Source of the DNA: Oikopleura dioica
Lineage: Eukaryota > Animalia > Chordata
NCBI GenBank assembly: GCA_907165135.1
Contig: OU015569.1
Location: 7,564,001-7,628,000 of the forward strand
DNA length: 64,000 nt
Direction of reading: 5' to 3'
Below are positions 25,601 to 35,867 of this stretch, in pieces. The notes under the pieces were generated by a model. The model was not told the origin of the DNA. It saw only the letters and a list, made by a program, of their open reading frames with translations, and ran no database searches. The number at the start of each line of letters is the position of its first letter. Position 1 is the first letter of the stretch. Position numbers and translations under genes: made by a program.

Positions 25601-28600
25601 ATATTTGCGACTGCCCTGCTGATTCGAACGGGACTGCTTATTGTAACGTGAATGATGCAATTATCGGGCCAGCTAAAAGTGGTTTCCCATGGTGGGCAGG
25701 ACTTATCATCGGGCTCGTATGTCTGCTTCTTGTAATTGCGACTCTTGTAACAACTAGAAGTCGAGGAGTGAAATCAGACATTGAGGAAAAGCCTTTCCTG
25801 GATTACGAAGATGACATTACTGAAGGTACTCGCTAGAAGTTAGCAACTTTTGTAGGTCTTTTTAGGGCTTGGCTTTGACGAAAAAATTGGAATCAACCCA
25901 CTACCAAAGGACGACTATTATATTGAGCCAAGGAACGAGCAGCGTGGGGTTGCAGTCACAGTTATACCAGATCAACAAGTTTACGCTGCTAGACCCGGTA
26001 AGTCTTAAAAATCATTTGCTTCCCTACTTTATCATTTAAGGGACCTTGTCGAGCAAACTTTGGCGCTACTTCACGCGCCCCTCATTAATCTTTGAATCAA
26101 GATTTTTCAAAACTTTTTTTTGCAAATAATATCTACAAACACTCATCTTTCTCTTCCTATTTTCAATTTTTCTCTATCGTTTATATTTTTGCTACAATTT
26201 TGAAAAAAAGAAGTTCAACTTCAAAAGGATTCAGCACTCACATTTTTCAACGGATGAACCTAAAATTAGATTCATCTGAAAGCCCAGACAATTCTCTACA
26301 AAACTTCGCTCATGGGGTTTGCTCAAAATAATCAGCTTAGCTGTAACATCCAGTAATCCGGAGTACTTAGCGCGCACGCGGCGGGGCGCAGGGTCAAGCG
26401 CGGCGCAGCGGGAAATTTGTTTGCAGGTTTTTTTGTTTCTTTTGCCGAAGGAAACTAATAACTATCAGTATTTACAATCCAAGAGATGTCAAATACATCT
26501 CTTGCTCCCTCTTTTGGCTCAAGTTTATCATATAACTCTTTTTTTCTCATGAAAATGTTTCTTATGCCGAAACCAAGTAAAAGAAAATCGGCTAATAAAA
26601 ACAATGGAAAGAAAAAAGCCCGATTTACCGGTACTCAAGAATCAGAAGTCGTCCATCAAGCCTCTACAGTTTCTTTTATATGTCATCTTCAGCTGGCTTC
26701 GATAATCAACTGGTTTGCATGCAGCTCCTGTAAAGAAAATGCCGGCTTTCAACTCAGCATTTCGAAGACAAATCTCCTCAATTTCTACATCAATGTTTTC
26801 TGCAACAATTGCGACTGGTCAAAAGGAACATGGCTTCTTCAATCTGAATTCAACGTTCTCTTCCAAACAGGAAAAACCGTGGTAGGAGTCGTCGATACCC
26901 AAATAAACCGTCTGTTCGCCTTCATTGGAATGTGCTGTACTACGGAATCAGGCGAAGCACGGATGCCAGACTTTCAACATGGTGGATCTACTGCCAAAGA
27001 GCTTCAAGACACAGTCGACCAAACCATAATTGAACTTTCTCAAGAGTCGATGGTTCGCGCTAGAAACTCCCTCATCTCAGAGACAAAGAAGGCAAAAGGA
27101 ACAGCAATATCAGTCGCTGTGGACGGTTGTTACAATGACACCGGTAAGTTATTTTTTTCGAGAAAAGGCTAGTTTTAGACTCTCCCTTTTTGTAAAGGGC
27201 CAGTTTCAGACTCTCCCTTTTCAAAAAAGGCTAGTTTTAGACTCTCCCTTTTCGGAAAGGGCTAGTTTTAGACTCTCCCTTTTTGAAAGGGATAGTTTTA
27301 GACTCTCCCTTTTCGGAAAGGGCTAGTTTTAGACTCTCCCTTTTTGAAAGGGCGAGTTTTAGAATGTCCCTTTTCAATTGTACATGAAATATCAAATATT
27401 TTTCAGGACACAAGCGAAATTCCGCCCAGGGCTGCATTGTTTCTTGCGTCGCGAATGTACGAGGTGTTTTCAAAGTCATCGGAAATGCAATTGTGAAAAA
27501 GCCACAAGAAGTCAGCGATGAAGTCCTGAAATCAAGAGGCAAAGGAAGAATAGCGCCAAGAGGAACCGTTTCATCAAATTTGGAGAAGATTGGAACTCGT
27601 GATGTCTTCGAAGGCACACTGCTACCCATCCATGAAGAATTCCCCGGACACACAATCAGAATCGCTTGCGACAAAGATGCTGGCATCAGAAGTTCAAAGA
27701 ATACCAATGTGTTCATCGATGAAGCAAGAAAAGACAAGTTGATGATTCCTGAAAAGAACCTGCGCTATGTTGACGATAGGTCCCACATCAGCAAGAATAT
27801 CTTCGGCACAGTCAAAAGGAATTTCAAAACTGGCTCCTCTGCAACGAAATTTACGCCGTACATGATGCTCGAGCTCTACATAAGAATCCGGTTGGCCACC
27901 GAAGTCATAATGGACAAATGTGCCGCTGGTGAATGGACCTTCGAGGACGCGAAGGCGAAAATGAAGAAGACTGGACTTCACGCTTTCGGCGATCACAGCA
28001 TGTGCGATGGAAATTGTCCAGATATGCCTCCGATACTCCAACCTCATGGTCAACTCACCAAAGAAATGATTGAGGAGTACGTCACCAAGTTCATGGCAAC
28101 CTACTTTGGCGACGAATTCATCAAGTCGCTAGTCGATACTGGCTCCTCCTCACCTGTGGAGTATTTTCATGCACTGATGATCAGAAGAAGACTCTGGGTG
28201 AAAGGTACACATGCAAGTGTGCTTTCACTCCGATACGAAGTGGCAGCAGCTGTATCAACCCTGATTTACAATGAAGGTCAGGACAGAGCATTCAGGCTCA
28301 TCTTGAACAAGCTCAAACTTGCCGTTCCAGACATTGGGCTAGAAAGAATTCATAGCCAGGAAGAAGAAAGAAAGAAGCAAACTGAAGAAAAAATGAAGAA
28401 GAAGACAAAAGTTCAGGAGAAGCGACGAAGAAATCAGAAGCAATTCACGACTGGAGGCTATGCGACTCAAGTTCAACGAGACATTGAAGACTCCAGAAAA
28501 GTCGAAGTCAAAACGAAGGAGCAAGAAAATTTGGAGATTGAACCATCATTTGAAGAAGCTGAAGCCCTGCTGTCTATGGGCAACGAAGAAGACGACGCTG

Positions 28601-29507
28601 TCATTGTTGAGTGTTAATACCTATTTATATTTGTTATTTATTAATTAAAAACTTGACTATTAAAATAAAAAAAAAATGAGATAATCGTGTCTTGTCCTAT
28701 TTGAGTTTCGTCCAAATTTAGCCTCAGCGCATTTTTCACACCGTGAAGCGCCGCGCTCTACTTCGCGCTAAGCACCCAGATTACCGATTCTTATCGGTTA
28801 ATTATTGATTTTTATTCCACCCCATGAGCGAAGTTTTGTAGAGAATTGTCTGGGCTTTCCGGTGAATGTAATTTTAGGTTCATCCGATGAAAAATGCGAG
28901 TGCTGAATCTTTTTGAAGTTGAACTTCTTTTTTTGGAATTTGTAGCTAAACTATTAATGATAGAGAAAAATTGAAAACTGGAATAGAAAGATGAGTGTTT
29001 GTTGATAATGTTTGCAAAAAAAAGTTCTGAAAAATCACAATTCAAAGATTAATGAGGCGCGCGAGAAGTGGCGCCAAAGTTTGCTCGACAAGGTCCCTTA
29101 AGATGGAATCTTGCCCCGTGACAAGGGACTATTGGAAAAAGACTTTCTTCGTGATGCTAAAATTGGAGCTGATAATGACCCTACTGCGCCACCATACGAC
29201 TCACTTTTGTTACGGAATTTTAAATTTTGTTTACTTTATTTTAATTGACTCCCAGATTTATGGCGTAAATTTTGAATTGTAAAACCAATAAAAATTCCGA
29301 AAAAAGACATTCGATTATGAAGGGCAAAATTCCGACTGCGATTTAGACTCATTATATTCTGGATCGGATTATGGTGATCATAGACTCGATCAATTAGATA
29401 ATGAGTTTAGGTAAGCGCTTCAATTAATTTCCTTATTGATTTCCCTCTTTAGATCTATCGGCGCACTTTATAAAGGACAAGATACGGAGGACCCTTATAT
29501 TCTGTGA
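22631..29507 (+). CDS. Classical cadherin (signal peptide, 5 EC repeats, TM, catenin-binding tail), with two transposons in its introns
   Basis: LDREEQ, DVNDNAP, VRDINEAP and IDDVNDNGP cadherin motifs; TM GFPWWAGLIIGLVCLLLVIATLV. After the 3-kb element, exons encode DGILPRDKGLLEKDFLRDAKIGADNDPTAPPYDSLL and TFDYEGQNSDCDLDSL (beta-catenin-binding domain); stop TGA 29505-29507. The PPYDSLL/TFDYEG junction is not cleanly resolved. Confidence 0.92.
24545..25298. mobile_element. TTAA-targeting MITE (754 bp), Kolobok-like termini, in a cadherin intron
   Basis: Perfect 35-bp TIR GGATATAGCCGTTCTCAAGGCACTTTCGTAGCGCC / GGCGCTACGAAAGTGCCTTGAGAACGGCTATATCC, continuing as imperfect inverted repeats for about 200 bp. 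TTAA on both sides (24541-24544, 25299-25302). Removing it leaves a 43-nt GT-AG intron. Confidence 0.92.
26564..28617 (+). CDS. DDE transposase (Kolobok/Mutator-like domain), 2 exons (26564-27143, 27407-28617), about 596 aa, uninterrupted
   Basis: GT-AG intron 27144-27406 joins ISVAVDGCYNDT-G-HKRNS in frame. Motifs: N-terminal CxxC...CxxC, VAVDG, SSNLE, CDKD, DRSHISK, HAFGDHSMC, SSPVEYFH, IYNEG. The start Met could be 26549, 26555 or 26564. Confidence 0.85.
27163..27374. repeat. Minisatellite, 7 x 30-31 bp, filling the transposase intron
   Basis: Unit AAAGGGCTAGTTTTAGACTCTCCCTTTT(C/T)GG repeated 7 times with few substitutions; each unit has AAAGGG...CCCTTT inverted arms. Confidence 0.95.
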
Positions 29508-29625
29508 AAAAGTAATGTTGTGCCATTTGAGACCTATACGAAACGACTACCTTATCGTAAATTGAATAAAAATATTGAGATATGAAAAGCGTGTCAGTTT
29601 ATTTATTGCAGGTGGCAAATACGAA

Positions 29626-31303
29626 TTATTCAAGGTCCCAAAGTTCGCGAAGGAGCGGATTCATCAAATGAGAGTTTGATTCGTGTTTTAAAAGATTACT
29701 GAATGCGTGATTCTGAAAGATTATTACGCAAATATCCAAAGAAACGTATCACTTACTAAATATCTCAAGTCCGTCAACTTTAGTACGAGCTTGGGAAAGA
29801 GCTTTGGTTGATCTTCTCGGATGCATACAAACTGTAGAGCCTTCACTAGATTAACTTGTGCCTCCTCAACTAACTGCGGCTCTGTTATTCCTTCTGCACG
29901 ATCGGCTGAGAATACTGCCATAGCAACTGGAAAAGAGCATTTAAAATTTTCGAGTGCGTTATTTTACCTAAAAGTCCAATCATCGTCATAGACGGCTTCA
30001 TCGCCGCGAAGCGATCGTAGAACCGTCTAACAGGAAGATCAATCGCCTCATTTTTCAATGACGCGATTATTTTGTTCGTTTGTTTCATTTGTTTCTAAAG
30101 TGATTGATAGCAAAAATTACGAGATAGAAAGATACTTCAGGATTCATGGCGAAGCTGAACGCGGATCTTAAGAAACTAGCGTCGACTGTACTAGCTTTTA
30201 TTAGGGCGACTTGGTCGGCTTGCGGCAAACTGTCGAATCCTTTGGATTTATTTATTTTGAGTTTTCATTTAAAGGTCAACCTGGAAGTTTCTTGCAAAAT
30301 GCAACAAGACTCTGAACATGTCTTGTACCGATGTCTGCGATAGATTCCAACTTTTCTAGTGTTTTAGCATTTGTTGCCTCGCACAAGACTAAAAGTGTCA
30401 ATAAAAGGTTTGAAAAATGTGTTATACCTCGGTATTCCTCCGTTACCAGTTCCGCTATCCGCGAAGCCTCATTCCGTTGTTCTTCTGATAACTTTCGGGG
30501 ATTTCAAATCTGACTTAGGCATAATCTACAAGCTGTTAAAATTTTTAGATTCGAAACCTGACAATTGCTTCTTCGGGAGAGGTTTCTTTACTTCAGTAGT
30601 TTTTCCTCGTGGCTTTTCGCGTTTCTTGGCCTCTCGATTCGATACATACTCCGGTCTCATTCCAACAAGTTGACACTTTTTCAAACGACAAGCACCGCAT
30701 TTTCTCCGCCAGTAAAGATCCATTTTGCATTTGCCACCAAACTTGCAAATCAAGATTTTGTTTTCTTCGGTGACAACTCTTCGGTAAAAACCTTCAAAAG
30801 TTCATCCGTGCTTTATTGCGTATCGAAATCTCGATCTCACCGGGGTCGACGCTAGCGGATTGGTACGACCCCGGTCGGCTGCGAACTCCCTCCCGGGGTC
30901 CGTGGTTCGATTCCTGAGATGCTACGATTACCTTGAAGTAACGATATTCTCGTCTCCGTTGCGCAAGCATCGGTTATCTGATCGGGATGTGTCCCCCGAT
31001 AGTTGCCACAAAAAATATGGCGCACAAAAAAACGGCTCGGTGAGCGGTTTCTCTATTACAACGTTCATATAGCGTTGGATAGAGTTTTTTACTAGGAACT
31101 TTTCCTTTGCATCCTTCACAACTGAGAACGTTATAATGATACCCACTTGCGCGATCCCCGCAGACAACACAGCTTTCACCCTCCCACATTGTTCGTCGTC
31201 GCTTTCTTCGAACAACCTTGCTGCTCGTTGCTTCAGAGTTCTTATTGTCTGCCTCGTAAACTGTATTGCTTTTCACAACAATCTCATTCATGTTGACATT
31301 CAC
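29626..31303 (-). CDS. Nuclear receptor, NR1H (LXR/FXR/EcR clade)-like
   Basis: [32 protein letters not shown]...[64 protein letters not shown], and AF-2 helix [11 protein letters not shown] (TAA 29626-29628) after a GTAAGT donor. DBD split by a 313-nt GA-AG intron (30792-31104). Confidence 0.9.
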
Positions 31304-32494
31304 TTAAAGTGATCGTAAAATATAGAAAATCTCGTATTCGGATTATCCTGGTGAATGACTGTTTGACTGTATTCATTGTTATTTCTATATTTTATGTGAT
31401 GACCGTTTCATAAATTACTGAGCCCGTCATATTTGTCAAACATCAAATTTGCATTTTGAGTTATTTATTCTCCTTACATGTACGTCCTTCTGCAGTCATT
31501 TGCCTCTCTTGGATATTCTCAGTGCTCTGTCCGTGAATCGTTTCGATTTTGATGATTCTTCTGACCAATGTGCGTATTAAGATAAAAATGAAAGCTCGAG
31601 CGCAGACTGAGGAACACTAAGACTCCGGCTTTTGTAAGAAATTATTTGGCCTCCTCAAATAAAGCCAGTTCAACAAACTTTTTATCATGGGACCAGTCAG
31701 TGTCTGACGGCAAACAAGAATTTTAACAGACATGCTGTATATCAATTTTATCCATATCAAAAAGGCGAAATAGACTTTTTTGCCTGGCAATCACCTGTTT
31801 ATTAATTCTTTAGTTTTCTACTTTGGTGTCAAAAGAAGACGGCCCAAAAAGATGCATATGATGCTGCATAAAATGAAAAAAATAATTCATAGGAAAAGTT
31901 TTAATTGTTGCATCACTTAAACTCTTAAGACAAAATTCGAGCAGTAGCACCACACTGCTCGATGGATAGTAAATTGCGTTGTGATAGTTTATTTAAAGGT
32001 TCAATTCTAGTTTTTTTTGGCTCAAGCCCGAAGTCAGACAGAAGATGGCAGCAGGAGGAAAGCAAGAGGTAAATTGATGAATCATCAGATGACCATATTC
32101 AATAATATCGAAGTTGGCTAGGAAGTATTTTTATCCTCCTTGATTTCTTACTTTGAGGGGCTTCCATGAATAAATTAGGCCAGTACTTTCGACTCAGTAA
32201 GTAAGGATTCCCTCGAATTGAACAGATGGTAGTTAAAATAGAATATTTCACGTAGTTCGAGAATTGTGTGAAAAATAATTCAGGATCTTGGATTGACAGG
32301 CAAAATAAACATACGCGAGATATGCTTGAATAAAAAAAAATGGTTATATACTATATAATATATAGTTACTGTTGTCTAGTTTGTTTCCGCGGAATCGCGA
32401 GAGAAAATATCGGTATTGCAAGTTGATAGTGGAACAGTAAATTTTGAACGTCAAGAAAATAAGCAAGAATGACCATAAAGTTTATGGCACAAAC

Positions 32495-33583
32495 TCATAC
32501 AATACAGCAGTCGGGTGGATCTTCGGGTTCGTACCCAAAATTTTCGCTGATGACTAATTTAACTTTCTCTATTCGTTTGAAAAAAGGTTGGTCGTTCCAA
32601 AAATAAGCGGTTCGGAAGAAGGTCTCCAAATGCCTGAAACGAAGTTTTGCGCATGAATTCATGATAAAGTATCTTACGATTTCCATATCCGGTAAATTTT
32701 TCGTGCCTGAATGATAAGGTAGTCGAGATACGCTGCTTTTGTGAAGACTTTTCCACGGATGACGATTTTTTTGACATTTTTCGATGGCCAAAGTGGAAAA
32801 CAAGCAGCTTCCAGCAAAAGACAGACCCACTAGAATCCATTCAAATAAGCGAGAGAAAATTACGAATTTTGTCTTACCCACTTGGAGTCATCTACTTTCG
32901 GCCGGTATTTCGGGAAATGGAGCGATACTAGAAGAAATATGAGGTAGAGCTGAAGTGGCTTTGAGCCGATGCAAATGCATTGAAGATTCGGTGGTGGTTC
33001 GTTGTTTTCCATGTGCTTAGATCTATAGAACTTCTTCAGTGCCTCGTTGAACTCATCACAGTCTTTGAAAGTCTTAAAAATATTTAAGAATTTATTCAAT
33101 CTTAATTGATAATAATGGCGGTTTAGATCGATATCGAACGCCTGACCATGCCAACTCGTGAAAAGCGGTTTCGCATGGACAGAACGAGCTTTGTGACGTG
33201 TTATCATGCAAGTGCGGTTGTTACCGAGACGAAAAACATGCTCAGAAAAAGCTGTGAACATCTTATAGTTTTTTGATAAATGATGATGGTAGCTATTTTC
33301 TCTTGAATTACTTTTCCGTAGCGAGTCGCTGGAAAATCTCAATCTCTAAGTAGAAAAATATTGATAAAAGAGTTGCATAACTGAGATAAATGATGTGAGT
33401 GAAAATTACGTGGAAGCTTTCAGTTCGAGCGGGGTCTTTAAAGTAGACAGTCCAGCCAGATTTTTCGTACTTGATTCTACATTTTAATTCGAGCTCTGCA
33501 AGCCGCTCATCTATTTGTGTTAATTCAACCAACTGTGAGAGATCTGACAAGCCCGCACGACTATGAGTACTGCTAGAAACCAC
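32495..33583 (-). CDS. Uncharacterised coding exons; either the C-terminal region of the RING-CW-PWWP gene or a separate co-oriented gene
   Basis: ORFs 33308-33583, 32860-33342 and 32495-32881 overlap in different frames across intron-like AT-rich gaps. Short exon-like pieces at 33640-33800 could link them to the upstream gene. No family recognised. Confidence 0.55.
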
Positions 33584-33815
33584 GAGTTAGTTAGAAAGAC
33601 TCATGGATCTAATGAGAATATTCATCACCTGTTTCCTGGCATGGAGGGCTCGAAGCTGTATAATTTTTTAAGCATCACCGCTAGAATAATTTAAATTTCC
33701 AGAAATTCACATATCTGGGTAAATTTTCAATCGCCGATTGAAAATCGTTACACCTGCGATCTTCTTTTCTTTTTAGAGAAAAGAAGAAAGCTTTTAATCA
33801 CCAAATAGCGCATTA

Positions 33816-35431
33816 TTAATTACATTGGGTGATTTTGGCTTGCGATTTTTTGTCTGCGTCACCTTGAATCTCTCCAGGCTGGTCATGGAAGCTGATCGAT
33901 TCGAGAATGTCATCTGTATCAGACTCTGATGTCACATAAGACGGGCGTTTTCGCTTTCGCTTTGCTTTCTTGGTCTGTTTTGCTTTTTGGTTGTGGAATC
34001 GCCGCGCCAGCCCGTTGCTGAGCACACACTGCTCGAGCCGTTCTTCGTTCGATAATCCACGGAGATCTTCTGCTTCGAAGTAAGCATCAATCAATGCCTG
34101 AGGCATCTTCTTCAGCTAAAGTCAACAAGTCCGGCACTTGAGTAGACTAGATTATACCTTTCCGTTCTTGCTAGGAGGTTCTTTAGGGATACCAGCGTAG
34201 TTAACGGTGCTCCGTGCTTCAACCCATGCCTGCGTGTGCCTTTTTCCTAAAATTTATGTATATTTCAGATCCAATAATTCTTAATACTTACCTAAGAATT
34301 CAACATGGTACTTGGTTGGGTTGCCATTATCGTTCGTGTCGAAGAAATTTCCTTCAATGGGGTCGTTGCATATAATCGCCGGCCAAGCAGTGAAGCCAGT
34401 TAATTTCGCTTGCACCAGGGTTCCCTCCAGCATATTGGAGTAGACGTAAGTAAGTCCAGCCTGCTCAGCCATCTTCTCGTACTGCAGATGGTTAACCTCC
34501 GGAATGCTGCAACTGAAGAACAAAAATATCGATGACGAACTTACTCATGCTCTAATACCTATTGAATGCCTCATCAGGATTGAACTCGCAATACCAAGGC
34601 TCGTCTTCGAATGTTTCAGCTACTTCTAGCGGTACGCGTCGCCATTTGAGACACTCTTCATGTTCGCATTGAATCCATGCATCATCTTCAAGCTCTTTCT
34701 GAATGCTCATGTTCGTATAGTTTGATTAAATGCATCTTACCGCGATCGCTTTAACGTTATCACTTTCTGTCGCTTCTTCTTCATCCTCTGTTGATGATTC
34801 GTGGGTGTTAACCATCTCCAGACCGGGTGTGTAGTTGTTCGATTTGAATGAGGGCACCTTGTAATCGATTTTGTTTTCATCGCAAAATTCGCGACGTCGT
34901 TTGCACTCCTTGTCGAATAGTTGAGGCACTGAATACGCAGATCTTAGTTACGCTTCTTCAATATTCTAGGAATTCTGATTCATAACTTCTGTGCGACGCC
35001 CTAATTAAAAACCACGAACTGAAGAGATCCTTACCAATTAGAAACGAAATGTCCTGTAGAGTTTGGTCGAAGCGGATATCTGAGAGGGGATCAGAGGGAT
35101 GAAGGCAAATATCGCACACTGGACATTTTATATCGTTCTTTGTCTTCAGTCCATCGTAGACGTATTTGAGGATGCACTAACAATATGGCTAGCAGTGAAC
35201 TTAGATGGTTGCATAAATAATCTTACCGATTTACAGAATGCGTGCATGCACTCGATAACCATCGAGGCATCAATTAAGTATCCTGTGCAAAGTGGACAAG
35301 TGAAGAATTGATTCAGTTCATGCGACTTTTGTCGGGGTTACTTCTGCTCACGAATAGTAGAAATAGATAAAGAAATATCCCCAAGCCTGAAATGTGACAA
35401 CGGTATCATCTGGCTGAGCCGCCAAGGACAT
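33816..35431 (-). CDS. Fusion protein: PCGF/BMI1-type C3HC4 RING + zf-CW + PWWP (ZCWPW1/2-like reader); 3' end may extend to 32495
   Basis: Spliced by eye: ELNQFFTCPLCTGYLIDASMVIECMHAFCKS/CILKYV...CPVCDICLHPSDPLSDIRFDQTLQDISFLI/VPQLFDKECKRRREFC (BMI1-like RING and helix). A phase-0 42-nt intron leads to AWIQCEHEECLKWRRVP...EPWYCEFNPDEAFN/SCSIPE (zf-CW), then VQAKLTGFTAWPAIICNDP...YHVEFLG/RHTQAWV (PWWP). First exon uncertain. Confidence 0.85.
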
Positions 35432-35867
35432 CTTCGTCTTCGGGGCCGCCCCTTCTTTTCTTCACTCCGCACTTTCTAAGAGGCAAGCGGCGCCTTCGTT
35501 GGCAGCGATGCCGTTCTGAACTTAATACCTAATGAGCTGGGTACGATGACGCCTTCCAAGAGATTTCCTCTGATTTCCTATCGACGTGAGAAAGGAGGAA
35601 ATGGAAAGTTTTGCAGCAGGACGAGCTCACTCCTCTGACTCGGGCGGCGGTTTTGTTTAACCTGCCCAGGGCCGTGGCGTAAATTGTGGCGTAAAGCATC
35701 GCCTAGCAGGCACTACGCACGATTTGATAAGCTTCTGCTGAGCCGTATTTTATCACCAAATAGCGAGGACCGTGATATTTTGAAAATTTAATCGATTTGC
35801 AACCGCGCACTTTCGTGTTAAGTTCGAATATTAGTTTATTTTAAGAAATAACGAAGGGAAAAGTAGA

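Larger units (their letters stand above)
26040..29097 (+). mobile_element. Apparently autonomous Kolobok-like DNA transposon (3058 bp)
   Basis: TIR GGGACCTTGTCGAGCAAACTTTGGCGC / GCGCCAAAGTTTGCTCGACAAGGTCCC, extending as about 290-350 bp of imperfect inverted repeat. TTAA TSD at 26036-26039 and 29098-29101. GG...CC termini with TTAA fit Kolobok rather than piggyBac, whose termini begin with C. One internal transposase gene. Confidence 0.88.

Noticed and set aside
26092-26331. Paired ORFs 26092-26331 (+) and 28812-29045 (-) with similar translations
   Set aside because: They are the two arms of the transposon's long inverted repeat, not genes.
27163-27374. CRISPR-like array (about 30-bp hairpin repeats)
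   Set aside because: The units are directly adjacent with no unique spacers, there are no cas genes, and the array sits in a eukaryotic intron; it is a minisatellite.
30842-30920. Functional tRNA gene
   Set aside because: A and B boxes are present, but only 2 of 5 T-stem pairs form and the D and acceptor stems do not close.
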